This document shows positions 29,253 to 38,795 of a DNA stretch of 62,520 nucleotides, piece after piece. The notes under the pieces are model-generated. The model did not search any database. It was not told where the DNA came from and saw only the letters and a program-made list of their open reading frames with translations. Positions within the stretch are counted from its first letter, which is position 1, and each line of letters opens with the position of its first letter. Made by a program: the position numbers and the translations under genes. Source of the stretch: Opitutales bacterium (GTDB lineage Bacteria > Verrucomicrobiota > Verrucomicrobiia > Opitutales > JABSRG01); the NCBI GenBank assembly GCA_049599475.1, contig JBMYOQ010000018.1, positions 1 to 62,520 of the forward strand, in the 5' to 3' direction.

Positions 29253-29362
29253 AAGAAATTTGATCTTTCAACGAACCCCAGGCTTGTGAGTCGGAAGGCA
29301 AAGCTCCCGATAATGACGCTGGTCAAGGCTGCTATTGGCGGACGCAAAAAGCGTTGGATCAC
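29249..29362 (-). promoter_or_regulatory. Candidate 37-aa leader ORF/structured leader upstream of sulP
   Basis: GTG...TGA encodes [37 protein letters not shown]. The stop overlaps the sulP ATG (ATGA); internal hairpin tcgggag-ctttgc-cttccga. Confidence 0.4.
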
Positions 29363-29556
29363 GTTCAAGCAAGGGACTTAGGTCAAGTCTCAATTAGGAA
29401 AGCATGCGACCATCGTACGCTAGCTGGATTCGGTCCGATATGAATCAGCTATTGGCTGATTGAATGTTTGTTTCCTAATCGTGTCCGTGTTGCGGAGACG
29501 ACTCGGGGTGGAGCTTTCGTTGATCTAGCTTGGGCCTTCGGTGGATGCGCTGGCAC

Positions 29557-29590
29557 AAAAAAAGCCGACCCAGGCAGGTCGGCTTTCTTT
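29557..29590 (-). terminator. Intrinsic terminator, probably bidirectional
   Basis: aaagccgacc-caggca-ggtcggcttt stem with an A7 run on the left and a T-rich run on the right, just after the 29615 stop. Confidence 0.8.
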
Positions 29591-29614
29591 ATAATGAAAG
29601 GGATTCTCAGTAGA

Positions 29615-30367
29615 CTACTTTTCTTCCGGCTCGTCGGGCGGGCTGGTGATTTCGTCTTCTTCTTCGGACTCTTCCTCCTCTTCATCCTCGCTCCAGCGCA
29701 TAGTTTCATCTTCTTCGATGTCTTCGTCTGGGGCTTCTTCGATATCTGAGAAATCTTCTTCGAGCTCCTCGGCTTCTACGCCGCGAGTTGGATCGGCGAC
29801 CGCGTCGTCATCGTCGGCATCAGCATCGAGGTGAAAGCCTTCTGGGACAAACTCGAGGATAGCGGTGATCTCATTGAAGAAGTGGATGGCGCGGCCTTCC
29901 ATGTAGTCAATGTTCTGAGATTCACGCACATCTTCTTCGAGTTCCTCGATCGTGAAAGGTTGTTTGAAGTCGATAAGGTCGTTCAAAAGCTTCACGCGGA
30001 GACGTGTGATGTGCTCAAGAAAGTCTGCGTAAGGGCCCTTCTCTTCGTCCATGATATCTGGAAGGGCGAAGATTGCTTCGTCGTTATCCAGGATCGAATC
30101 GTGGACGCGGGAGACTTCCAGGCACTTATCTTTGAGGTCTTTTCCGATCGTAAAAGAGAAAAAGGCGTTCTCAAAATATTCGTTCTTTAAGCCGTAGTCT
30201 GTCAGGGGTTCGAGTAGCTCGACCACGTGCTTTACCTGGTTGGGGTCGAGAATACTCAGGCCATCCACATCCCAGTGGACGTTGTCGCTGATTTCATAAA
30301 CCCACCAGTTCATATCTTCGCCGAAGCGAACGTGGCACCATTCAAGTTTGGGAGACGTGTTTGTCAT
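29615..30367 (-). CDS. Hypothetical highly acidic protein
   Basis: 250-aa ORF with a globular N-terminus and D/E-rich tail, followed by a terminator. Confidence 0.8.
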   Translation of the reverse strand: MTNTSPKLEWCHVRFGEDMNWWVYEISDNVHWDVDGLSILDPNQVKHVVELLEPLTDYGLKNEYFENAFFSFTIGKDLKDKCLEVSRVHDSILDNDEAIFALPDIMDEEKGPYADFLEHITRLRVKLLNDLIDFKQPFTIEELEEDVRESQNIDYMEGRAIHFFNEITAILEFVPEGFHLDADADDDDAVADPTRGVEAEELEEDFSDIEEAPDEDIEEDETMRWSEDEEEEESEEEDEITSPPDEPEEK

Positions 30368-30572
30368 AAGCGGAATCGTCTAAGAGTCAGATATTCGGTC
30401 TGTCAACGATGGATGTGTATAATCGGAATATGGGGTGAATTGGTTAGGTATGTCGGAACCATAGGTTCTTGATAAACTAATAATTTCGCGAATTGAGCAG
30501 GATTCAAATTTTATAGGCATTCTGATGTGTTTCAGGTTTGGCAAAGAGCTGGGAGATAATCAAAAAGGCTGA

Positions 30573-31622
30573 ATGCTTTATCGCTCTCTGATTCGCCCAT
30601 ATCTCTTTCGCAAAGATCCAGAAATCGCTCATGAAATGGCGATAGATTGGATGGAGCGCTTTAGTTCGGTGGGGCCGATCCTCGCGAGTATGCGGTCTAT
30701 GTATGGGAGCTCGGAGCCTGTCGAGGTGGCTGGACTAAAATTCCCCAACAGAGTGGGGTTGGCTGCTGGCATGGACAAGGATGGCCGCGCATTTCCGGCT
30801 TTTGCGGCCCTGGGTTTTGGCCATGTCGAAGTCGGCACCGTGACGCCGGAAGGCCAGCCTGGAAATCCAAAGCCACGGATGTTCCGGTATCCGGAGCAGA
30901 AGGCTCTGATCAATCGTATGGGCTTCAACAATCATGGTGCTGAGGCGATGAAAGCGCGCATTCAGAAACTGTATCCGTATGGCAAACGTGATGCGGTGTT
31001 GGGAGTAAACCTGGGTAAAGCGAAGGTAACACCGCTCGAAAATGCGACGGACGATTATGTGAAGGGGATTCAAATACTCGGAGAAGAGGCCGATTATTTA
31101 GCGATCAATATCAGCAGCCCAAATACTCAGGGATTGCGCGATTTGCAGGGGGCTGACTACCTGGACGGCCTTTTGGGGCCCATCCGTGCAGAAAGAGACG
31201 TGGTAGCGGAGAAAGCGGGCCGGAATATTCCTGTTTTCCTAAAAATTGCACCCGATGCATCTTTTGATGAAGTTGAGGTCATCCTCGCGGCCCTGGAACG
31301 ACATGGCTTTGATGGTATTATTGCAACCAATACGACACTGGATCGTCCGGGCCCACTAGCTGAGGCCAATCAGGCCGGTGGTTTGAGCGGCGCTCCGGTT
31401 ACGGATAAGTCAACCAAGGTTATCCAGTTCGTTGCGGAGCAGACTCAGGGGCGTTTGCCGATTATCGGAGTGGGCGGTATCATGGCCCCCGAACACGCGG
31501 CTCATAAACTGGATGCAGGGGCGTCTTTGGTTCAGCTATATACTGGCTTTGTTTACGGCGGTCCCGGTTTTCCAAAGGAAGTTTCTTCCTTCCTTGCTCA
31601 GCGGACCTCGAGTGGTTCCTAG
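30573..31622 (+). CDS. pyrD: Quinone-dependent dihydroorotate dehydrogenase (class 2)
   Basis: GLAAGMDK, GNPKPRMFR, INRMGFNN, NISSPNT, KIAPD, TNTT and GGLSG motifs. Confidence 0.97.
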   Translation: MLYRSLIRPYLFRKDPEIAHEMAIDWMERFSSVGPILASMRSMYGSSEPVEVAGLKFPNRVGLAAGMDKDGRAFPAFAALGFGHVEVGTVTPEGQPGNPKPRMFRYPEQKALINRMGFNNHGAEAMKARIQKLYPYGKRDAVLGVNLGKAKVTPLENATDDYVKGIQILGEEADYLAINISSPNTQGLRDLQGADYLDGLLGPIRAERDVVAEKAGRNIPVFLKIAPDASFDEVEVILAALERHGFDGIIATNTTLDRPGPLAEANQAGGLSGAPVTDKSTKVIQFVAEQTQGRLPIIGVGGIMAPEHAAHKLDAGASLVQLYTGFVYGGPGFPKEVSSFLAQRTSSGS

Positions 31623-34600
31623 GGTTCGGAGCGTCCGATAGATTGCCATGTGCCTGAGCTGAAATCGTAGTACCAGCGCTCGATCTGGCTCGGGGCATGC
31701 AGATATATATTTCTGTCCAAATTTCGACTCCAGGCGTAGGGGAAATGCGTGGTGCTTGTGCGCAGCCATCCCATTTCGAAATCGAACAACCAGAAGCCTG
31801 AAAAATCCTCGGTAGTCGTATCGATATACCACCACCCGTGGTTGCTGGAGAATATCCATGGGTAGCTGGTTATGTTTAGAGCGCCGAAATTATCGTCGAA
31901 AATCCATCCTTCCGAAAGCTCAGTCGCATCGGTAAAGGGGTGCGTGAGGTCTTCTTCGACGTTGATGTAAAATTCAGGTAGGGCGAATTGGCCGACTCCG
32001 TTTTCGACAGTGCCCGAGAATTGGAAGTAGCCCGATAGGTCTGGGAATGATTGGTTGAGGATAAAGTCCTTTGAGCTGATCTCCGACTGTGACACATCCA
32101 GAGGCACGAGTGTCCAATCGAGGCGGTAAGCGCTGTTGCTGATTACGGTGATGAGTTCTTCAATAGCACCACTGGTTTGGATGATTTCTAAGCCTGATGG
32201 GGCGAAGAGGACAGGGCCATTGGCTTCGGGATAGAGCCGAGTGTCTGCGAGGGTAAATTGAGCCGAGTCTGAAGAATTGTTGCCGTTGGAGACTACGCAT
32301 TCCACGACGTTTCCGGAATCCAGCGCCAGCCAATAGCTATCGTTTTCAAAATGCGGGTACACTTCCGAGCCATCAACCCGCCAAACCAGCGAAGAGTCGG
32401 TGCCTTCGACCTCAAACCCATAGGCTCCGCTATCGATTATGGTACTTCGCAGCACGAGATTTTGGTCATTCGCGATGGTCCAGGAAACGTTCGTTGAGCT
32501 CAGCTCTGAGTTGGATCTATAAAAGATTTCAAAGTCTAGATCTCCGACGCTCAGGTATGTGACGCCCGATTCTTCTCCCGACAAGCGGATCGTCGCCATG
32601 TTGGACGTTACAGAGCCCGCGGAGCTCTTCACGGTGCAGCTGTAATTGCCCAGATTGTCCGAGCTTGCCGAGCGAATCGTGTAGGTATTGGAATTGGCTC
32701 CGGCGATCGCTTCACCGTTCAGATACCATTGGTAGGTAAGAGGGGCTGGGCCCGTAGCGCTTACCGAGAGGGTATATGAATCGCCCAGAGTCAGTGTTGC
32801 CGATTCGGGATGACTGGTGATCTCCGGGAGGCCTCCGGTGACTTCGAGAATGATGCTCGCGCTGCTGACCGATCCCGCTTCGTTATAGACGATTACCCAG
32901 TAGTTCCCGGCGTCTTTAGCAGCAGCGTCCTCCAAACTTAGGCTAGTTCCGGTCGCCGAGCTAATGACTGCGTTGTCCTTGACCCAGCGATAACTCAAGT
33001 CACCGCCGGTTGCCTCTACGCTGAATTCTGCTGTTTCGCCCAAAATTACGGAGCTGGGCCCGCTGAATTCGGTGATGACCGGAGTGTTGACGTTGCTCAC
33101 CGTGAAGGCGTCTGTGACGAGAGTCGTATCGTCGACGGTTATATGCACTTGGTAGGTGCCGAGCCCGGGTTCCTTATCGAAATGAAATTGTAGGCTAGGC
33201 TCGCTGGTCTCTGCTATGGTTTCGCCATCACGTTCCCACAAGTATTGCGCGTTTACTGCGTTGGCGACTGTGAAGGAAACGCTCGCAGACTCTTCATTGA
33301 TAAGCGTTAAATCGCTCGGTTGGGTGCTGATATTGGGCGCGCCCGCGACTGTGAATTCGAAATCGGATAGGACCACGTTGTCGTCGCCGCGTGTTACTGT
33401 AGCGTCTTTTGTATACCTAAACTCGAGAATCTGGCCTTCTCCGCTAAATTCGATTTCGAAATCATTCAATGTGACCTCGCCTGCGTAGCTAGCCAGCGTC
33501 TGGCCATCGAGAAAGATGTCTAGGAAGTCGTAATTGGCTTCACTCGAAACATCGATATCTAGAGAAAGCGTGCCTTCTGCGGGGGATCGAGTCTGGAGAG
33601 AAACAGATTGGTTGTGGGTAATGCTCCCGCTCTGGACTGAATTACCATTCGCGGTAAACGAACCGTCCCCGTAGGTGATCCACGGAAGCGATGCCAACCC
33701 AGTGACCTGAGCGATCTGGCTGTTGGTTTCCATGAATTCAATCTCGATACTTGCGGTGTCGGTTCCATAGGTATTGCTCGCGACGGCGCTGTAGGTTCCA
33801 GAATCTGAGGCACTTGGGTCGCTCCAGGCAAATTCAGAGCCGGTTTCGCCTGTTGCACTGTTTTCAAAATACCATGCGAAATCAGCGGAGGCTCCGGTCG
33901 ATGTTAAATTAATGGAAGCCGCATATCCTGCGTGGAGGATGAGAGGGCCGTTTTCCTGGAATTGAATGTTTGGAAGGAGACTGGGATCGACGCTGGAGAG
34001 CGTGTTGAAGAGGGATGCGTATCCGCCGGTTACTGTTTTGCCGCTTAGCTCACTCTGGGCGACTACTGCATTATTTAGCCGATCAATTAGATCCTGAATG
34101 GAATCGCTTGGAAACTCAGCCCTGGCTAAGGCAAGAATGCCCGCGACGACTGGAGTCGCCATCGAAGTCCCAGAAAGGCTTTGGTAGGAAGCATCCGAGG
34201 AATGATAGGTAGCGAGAATATTACGGCCCGGCGCGGCCAAATCCACAAGAGTAGAGCTGTAATTGGAAAACGAAGATATGCCTCCATCGGAATCTGTGCT
34301 GGCGACGGATACGATATTATTCGTGGTGTAGGCCGCGGGGTAGGAGGCTACAGATCCAAGATCGTTCCCCTCATTGCCGGCAGCTGCCACGATGATGGAG
34401 TCGGCGTCGCGAGCGCGCTCGATGGCTTGCAAGAAAAGACTGCTGTATGAGTAGGTCGCGAAACTGCAGTTGATGATATCTGCGCCATGGGCGTAAGCGT
34501 AGTCGATGCCCTCAATCGCATCCGAGAGATAGCCAATCCCGTCGCTGTTCATGAAGCGAATAGCCATCAAATCGACATCCCAGGCCACTCCAGAGACGCC

Positions 34601-35545
34601 TTGATTATTATTACCCTCGGCACCAATGATGCCAGCAACGTGCGTCCCGTGACCATTGGGGTCGTCGGGATCGCCCGTGTTGGAATTCGTGTCGACTCCG
34701 TGGACATCATCGATGTAGCCGTTGTTGTCGTTGTCGATCCCGTCTCCCGCGATCTCAGATGGATTTGTCCACAGGTTGTCGTCCAAGTCTTGGTGTGTGA
34801 TGCGAACGCCGGTATCCAAGACTGCTACGACGACGCCCTCCGCCGACGTGCGCGTTTCCCAGGCCCGTTCGGCGTCGATATGCCCTGTGCTGTTTGATTC
34901 TACTAGGTGCCACTGATCGTCGAATCGCGGATCGTTGGCAGCAACAGTCGTGTAGACCAAAACATCATATTCGATTCCCTCAACACCCATGGCTGCGAGC
35001 TGTTCGGCCAGCTCAACGATCGCGAAAGGGTTGGCGCTGTGGACCTGTGGATAAATGGCGGCAAACGTCCTTTGTGGTGAACTCTCGAGTCGCCAAGGCA
35101 ATAGCGCCTTGTGATTCGCAATGGACGCGGTGTCCACCAAAAGTCGCTCGGCGTGGAAAGCGTAGGCGTAAAGAATTTCGTCTGGTCGGGCAGCTTTCGT
35201 GTGTTGCGCTTGGATGATCGGGCTGCCGTCGGATAAGCGGATAAACCGGTGATAGTGGACAAGCTCTCCGCCAATTGCACGAGTCCAGGATTCCGAGGAG
35301 TGGTTGGGATCAGCCCAATCGGGGATCTCTGGCTCCGGAGTCGAAGGTTTATGAGCGACAGGATGGTCATCCCCGAGTTTCGTGCCGGTGGTAGCGACTA
35401 CAGGCGTCTTGGCAGAATTGTCCGCTTTGATCGGGCGGTCCGTTACTGTTTCGGTCTGTGTGGTGTCGACATTTTGATAAACTACGAACCAGCAACCCAG
35501 AATGCTGAGAACAAGAAGAAGGAGTTTAGTGTGGGAGCGATGCAT
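31619..35545 (-). CDS. S8 subtilisin-like serine protease with Ig-like repeats and a Trp-rich C-terminal domain
   Basis: Catalytic VAVLDTG, HGTHVAG and SGTSMATP; AAGN; YQWYLNG/YRWVKD Ig repeats; likely start ATG 35545 within ORF 31619..35638. Confidence 0.92.
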   Translation of the reverse strand: MHRSHTKLLLLVLSILGCWFVVYQNVDTTQTETVTDRPIKADNSAKTPVVATTGTKLGDDHPVAHKPSTPEPEIPDWADPNHSSESWTRAIGGELVHYHRFIRLSDGSPIIQAQHTKAARPDEILYAYAFHAERLLVDTASIANHKALLPWRLESSPQRTFAAIYPQVHSANPFAIVELAEQLAAMGVEGIEYDVLVYTTVAANDPRFDDQWHLVESNSTGHIDAERAWETRTSAEGVVVAVLDTGVRITHQDLDDNLWTNPSEIAGDGIDNDNNGYIDDVHGVDTNSNTGDPDDPNGHGTHVAGIIGAEGNNNQGVSGVAWDVDLMAIRFMNSDGIGYLSDAIEGIDYAYAHGADIINCSFATYSYSSLFLQAIERARDADSIIVAAAGNEGNDLGSVASYPAAYTTNNIVSVASTDSDGGISSFSNYSSTLVDLAAPGRNILATYHSSDASYQSLSGTSMATPVVAGILALARAEFPSDSIQDLIDRLNNAVVAQSELSGKTVTGGYASLFNTLSSVDPSLLPNIQFQENGPLILHAGYAASINLTSTGASADFAWYFENSATGETGSEFAWSDPSASDSGTYSAVASNTYGTDTASIEIEFMETNSQIAQVTGLASLPWITYGDGSFTANGNSVQSGSITHNQSVSLQTRSPAEGTLSLDIDVSSEANYDFLDIFLDGQTLASYAGEVTLNDFEIEFSGEGQILEFRYTKDATVTRGDDNVVLSDFEFTVAGAPNISTQPSDLTLINEESASVSFTVANAVNAQYLWERDGETIAETSEPSLQFHFDKEPGLGTYQVHITVDDTTLVTDAFTVSNVNTPVITEFSGPSSVILGETAEFSVEATGGDLSYRWVKDNAVISSATGTSLSLEDAAAKDAGNYWVIVYNEAGSVSSASIILEVTGGLPEITSHPESATLTLGDSYTLSVSATGPAPLTYQWYLNGEAIAGANSNTYTIRSASSDNLGNYSCTVKSSAGSVTSNMATIRLSGEESGVTYLSVGDLDFEIFYRSNSELSSTNVSWTIANDQNLVLRSTIIDSGAYGFEVEGTDSSLVWRVDGSEVYPHFENDSYWLALDSGNVVECVVSNGNNSSDSAQFTLADTRLYPEANGPVLFAPSGLEIIQTSGAIEELITVISNSAYRLDWTLVPLDVSQSEISSKDFILNQSFPDLSGYFQFSGTVENGVGQFALPEFYINVEEDLTHPFTDATELSEGWIFDDNFGALNITSYPWIFSSNHGWWYIDTTTEDFSGFWLFDFEMGWLRTSTTHFPYAWSRNLDRNIYLHAPSQIERWYYDFSSGTWQSIGRSEP

Positions 35546-35829
35546 TGCCTCTGGAGTTATCCTGAGGCCCTCATGCGCGGTGTGGTCTGCCCTTAAAACT
35601 CGGCTAGGTGATGCTCCACTGAGACTATTGAGGCCCAATTTACATATAATTCATGCTATAAATAAGAGTAATTATTTTGCTGATACATGATAATTAATTC
35701 TCGCGAATTTTCACAGCTATCGGAAGTCGTAGGCAATTTATGCCACACGATAATGGGGAATTTGATATCTCATTATCTTAAATTTTTAAATCAATGATTA
35801 GTAATGGTTTACAAATCCATTGAGTGTTT

Positions 35830-35845
35830 TGGTACGCGCTGTGAT
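35830..35845 (+). promoter_or_regulatory. Possible sigma54 (-24/-12) promoter of the flagellar operon
   Basis: TGGTACGCGCTGTGAT has the -24 GG, but GA instead of GC at -12. Preceded by an AT-rich region and the palindrome ggcaatttatgcc. Confidence 0.35.
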
Positions 35846-35856
35846 GTGTGGCGTGC

Positions 35857-36240
35857 ATGCTCGAAGCAATCAACAATCGCGCAAATTACCAGATCGCCAA
35901 AAGTATGCTGGATGTTGCGCACGCCAAACAAAAGGCGTTAGCCAGCAATATCGCGAATTTTGAGAATCCTGGATATAAACGGATAGATGTCGCCAAGAGC
36001 TTTCAATCTGAGCTTGAGAAAGCAGTGAAGACCAAGGACGTGCAGTCCCTGATGCAGCTCCGTCCCGTCCTCGAGGAAGATCCTATGGCACGCTCCATTC
36101 GGGCGGATGGAAACAATGTGAGCATCGAAAAAGAAATGATGGCTCTAAACAAAAATTCCCTGGATTACGATTTCGCGGCGCAGCTCGTAAGTGGTTCGAT
36201 CAGGCGCCTCAACACCGCAATCAAAGGAAAGTCTGCATAA
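35857..36240 (+). CDS. flgB: Flagellar basal-body rod protein
   Basis: LASNIANFENPGYK and DGNNVSIEKEM motifs. Confidence 0.95.
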   Translation: MLEAINNRANYQIAKSMLDVAHAKQKALASNIANFENPGYKRIDVAKSFQSELEKAVKTKDVQSLMQLRPVLEEDPMARSIRADGNNVSIEKEMMALNKNSLDYDFAAQLVSGSIRRLNTAIKGKSA

Positions 36241-36258
36241 GCGTAGGAAAATATTGCT

Positions 36259-36687
36259 ATGGGAATGGATTTACTACCTGGAATTGCCTCTACTGAATCA
36301 GCTCTCGATGCTGAGAGAGTTCGTTTGGATATCATTGCACAGAATATTGCGAATGCTCAGACAACTCGCGATATCGATGGTAAGCCGTATCAGCGTCGCG
36401 TAGTCACTTTTGAGTCAGAGTTGATCAAGAGCACTGGCATTCTCGGTAAACCAGCTACCGGGATAAAAATTGCCGAGATCGCTCGAGACGAGACACCTGG
36501 TCCTCAAATTCACAATCCGGAACATCCGCATGCAAACGCAGATGGCATGGTAGAGATGCCCAATGTGCAAATGTCTAAAGAGATGGTTGATCTCATCACT
36601 GCCACGAGGGCGTATGAGGCGAATTTGAAAGTAGTGACCACAGCAAGACGTATGGCCACAAAAGCCCTAGAAATCGGGCGCGGATAA
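36259..36687 (+). CDS. flgC: Flagellar basal-body rod protein
   Basis: IAQNIANAQTT, PYQRR, PEHPHANADG..MPNV and RAYEAN motifs. Confidence 0.96.
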   Translation: MGMDLLPGIASTESALDAERVRLDIIAQNIANAQTTRDIDGKPYQRRVVTFESELIKSTGILGKPATGIKIAEIARDETPGPQIHNPEHPHANADGMVEMPNVQMSKEMVDLITATRAYEANLKVVTTARRMATKALEIGRG

Positions 36688-36711
36688 TAAACTTAAATAA
36701 CCCAGAAAATT

Positions 36712-37125
36712 ATGTCACTTCTTAGCTCGATACAAGGCTTTGGCCAGAATTTCCTCAGAGATCCAGATGGTGCGGCGACTCAGGCTCCCACTGAGATGAA
36801 GGATATTCAGGCGTTTGCGGATCAACTCAATGTCAATGAGGCCTCAGGGCTGGTCCCGGCTCCGCTGTCTCGCTCTGAGAATAAGCCGGTCTTGGGGACA
36901 GAAGCCTTCGAGCCTCTCGACGGAGTGAAAAGTATGGTCGAAGGCGTGGATAGCGCGATGAAGGCCGGACGCTCAAAAGCGCACGAGGTCCTCGCGGGTG
37001 AGAGTGATAATTTACACCAAAGTATGATTGCTATGCAGGAGGCGGGGGTCGCCTTCAATCTAATGTTGGAAGTTCGAAACAAGATGGTCGAGTCATATCA
37101 GGAGCTCATGAGAATGCAGGTGTAG
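36712..37125 (+). CDS. fliE: Hook-basal body complex protein
   Basis: LHQSMIAMQEA and EVRNKMVESYQELMRMQV motifs. Confidence 0.95.
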   Translation: MSLLSSIQGFGQNFLRDPDGAATQAPTEMKDIQAFADQLNVNEASGLVPAPLSRSENKPVLGTEAFEPLDGVKSMVEGVDSAMKAGRSKAHEVLAGESDNLHQSMIAMQEAGVAFNLMLEVRNKMVESYQELMRMQV

Positions 37126-37177
37126 TGAAAAAATGGATAAATAACCGTCTCGTAATATACACCTCAATACATAGCTC

Positions 37178-38779
37178 GTGAACACCTTAATCGAACAACT
37201 AACAAAAGTCTGGCAATCCCTAGGAATAAATCAAAAAGTCTCCATCATACTGTCTGTGGGTGGAGTGCTGATCGGAATGACCGCAATTATCATGTGGTCG
37301 TCTCGACCCAGAATGCAACTTTTGTATGGTCGTTTGGACGCCCAGGAAATGTCAGAAGTTGTGCGGATTGTCGAAGAGCGCGGTGTTGAGTATGAACTAA
37401 AAGCCAGTGGGTCCTCGATCTTTGTAACCTCGGATGAAGTGCATGGGTTGCGTATGTCACTGGCTTCCGAAGGAATCCCTAATGGAGGCAGTGTCGGCTT
37501 CGAAATTTTCGATCAAGGCAATTTTGGTATTAGTGACTTTGTTCAGCGGACCAATTACATCCGAGCGGTGCAAGGTGAGCTCGGGCGGACGATTTCTCAG
37601 CTTCGTGGAGTTCGCTCTGCGCGTGTCATGGTCGTCATCCCAGAGAATCGCATGATTGTGAGCGAAGGCGGGGGGAGTGGCTCGTCGGCTTCTGTATTTG
37701 TCGATACAGGAGGGCTTACCTTGGATGAAGATGCGGTAAGCAGTATTCGATTTCTTGTGGCAAATGCTGTAGAAGGCTTAGAAGCGCGCAATGTTGCGAT
37801 CGTGGATAGCAACGGCAACGCCCTGTCCCAAGACCTCGCGGAAGACCAGACTGTCGGAATGGCAAGTGGTCAATTCAAATTTCGGAAGAACCTCGAGGAC
37901 TATTTCGGGCGGAAAATCGAATCCATGCTCACGCCCATCGTTGGCTTGGGGAACGTTATTGCGCGTGTCTCAGTCGAGCTAGACACATCGACTCAGACCA
38001 TGTCCGAGGAACTCTTTGATCCGGAAGGTCAGGTGGTGAGAACACAGACTCTGACCGAAGATAAATCAGAGTCGATGAGTGAGACTGCCAATAACCCTGC
38101 GGGACTCTCCGGTAATATACCGGATGCTGAAGGGGGCTTGGCAAATGGCCGCCCGGTCCAGCAAACTCAGGATGAGAGTGTCACACGGACAACGAATTAT
38201 GAGCTCAACAAGACGGTTCGTGAAACGGTAAAGATGCCTGGCGGAATCAAGGGAATTCAGGCGGCAGTGTTGCTCGCGTCACAACTCGATGGCGAGGGCG
38301 CTGATGCTCAGCCGGTGCCGCGTGGTCAGGAGGAGCTCGATAAAATTCGCCGAATGATTATCAATGCATTGGGAATCATAACTCCCGAGGGAGCGAATTT
38401 GGAAGAATATGTAACCGTTGCGGAGAAACCTTTTGTTGAGCCGGTTCCTGGATTCAATACGCCTGCAGAGCCGCGCCTAATGAACACGCTGAACGTAACC
38501 GACATTATTCGGAATGCGCTCGGGATAGGTATCGCTGTTGTCATGTTTGTCATGTTCCTGAGAATGCTCAAACGCTATAAGCCCGATTCCGTGGATGTTG
38601 AGGTTATGGAGGAGAGTGCTGCCGCTAATGGCGGAGAAGGCGGTGGGCAAAAGCAACTAGAGATGGCTGATCTCGGAGGGCAAATTACTCCGGAGTTTTT
38701 AAATGAGCTCATTCAAGAACGTCCCGAAAACATTAGTACGGCACTCAAAAATTGGGTCCAAAACCAACAACGCAACTAG
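37178..38779 (+). CDS. fliF: Flagellar MS-ring protein
   Basis: GFEIFD, RAVQGELGRTI, SASVFV and LVANAVEGL motifs; two TM helices. Confidence 0.96.
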   Translation: MNTLIEQLTKVWQSLGINQKVSIILSVGGVLIGMTAIIMWSSRPRMQLLYGRLDAQEMSEVVRIVEERGVEYELKASGSSIFVTSDEVHGLRMSLASEGIPNGGSVGFEIFDQGNFGISDFVQRTNYIRAVQGELGRTISQLRGVRSARVMVVIPENRMIVSEGGGSGSSASVFVDTGGLTLDEDAVSSIRFLVANAVEGLEARNVAIVDSNGNALSQDLAEDQTVGMASGQFKFRKNLEDYFGRKIESMLTPIVGLGNVIARVSVELDTSTQTMSEELFDPEGQVVRTQTLTEDKSESMSETANNPAGLSGNIPDAEGGLANGRPVQQTQDESVTRTTNYELNKTVRETVKMPGGIKGIQAAVLLASQLDGEGADAQPVPRGQEELDKIRRMIINALGIITPEGANLEEYVTVAEKPFVEPVPGFNTPAEPRLMNTLNVTDIIRNALGIGIAVVMFVMFLRMLKRYKPDSVDVEVMEESAAANGGEGGGQKQLEMADLGGQITPEFLNELIQERPENISTALKNWVQNQQRN

Positions 38780-38795
38780 TTAGAGCGCTTTTCCC

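Noticed and set aside
30377..30406. Sigma70 promoter for the acidic protein gene (TTGACA on the minus strand)
   Set aside because: The -35 is perfect but there is no convincing -10 at 16-18 bp, so it was not called.
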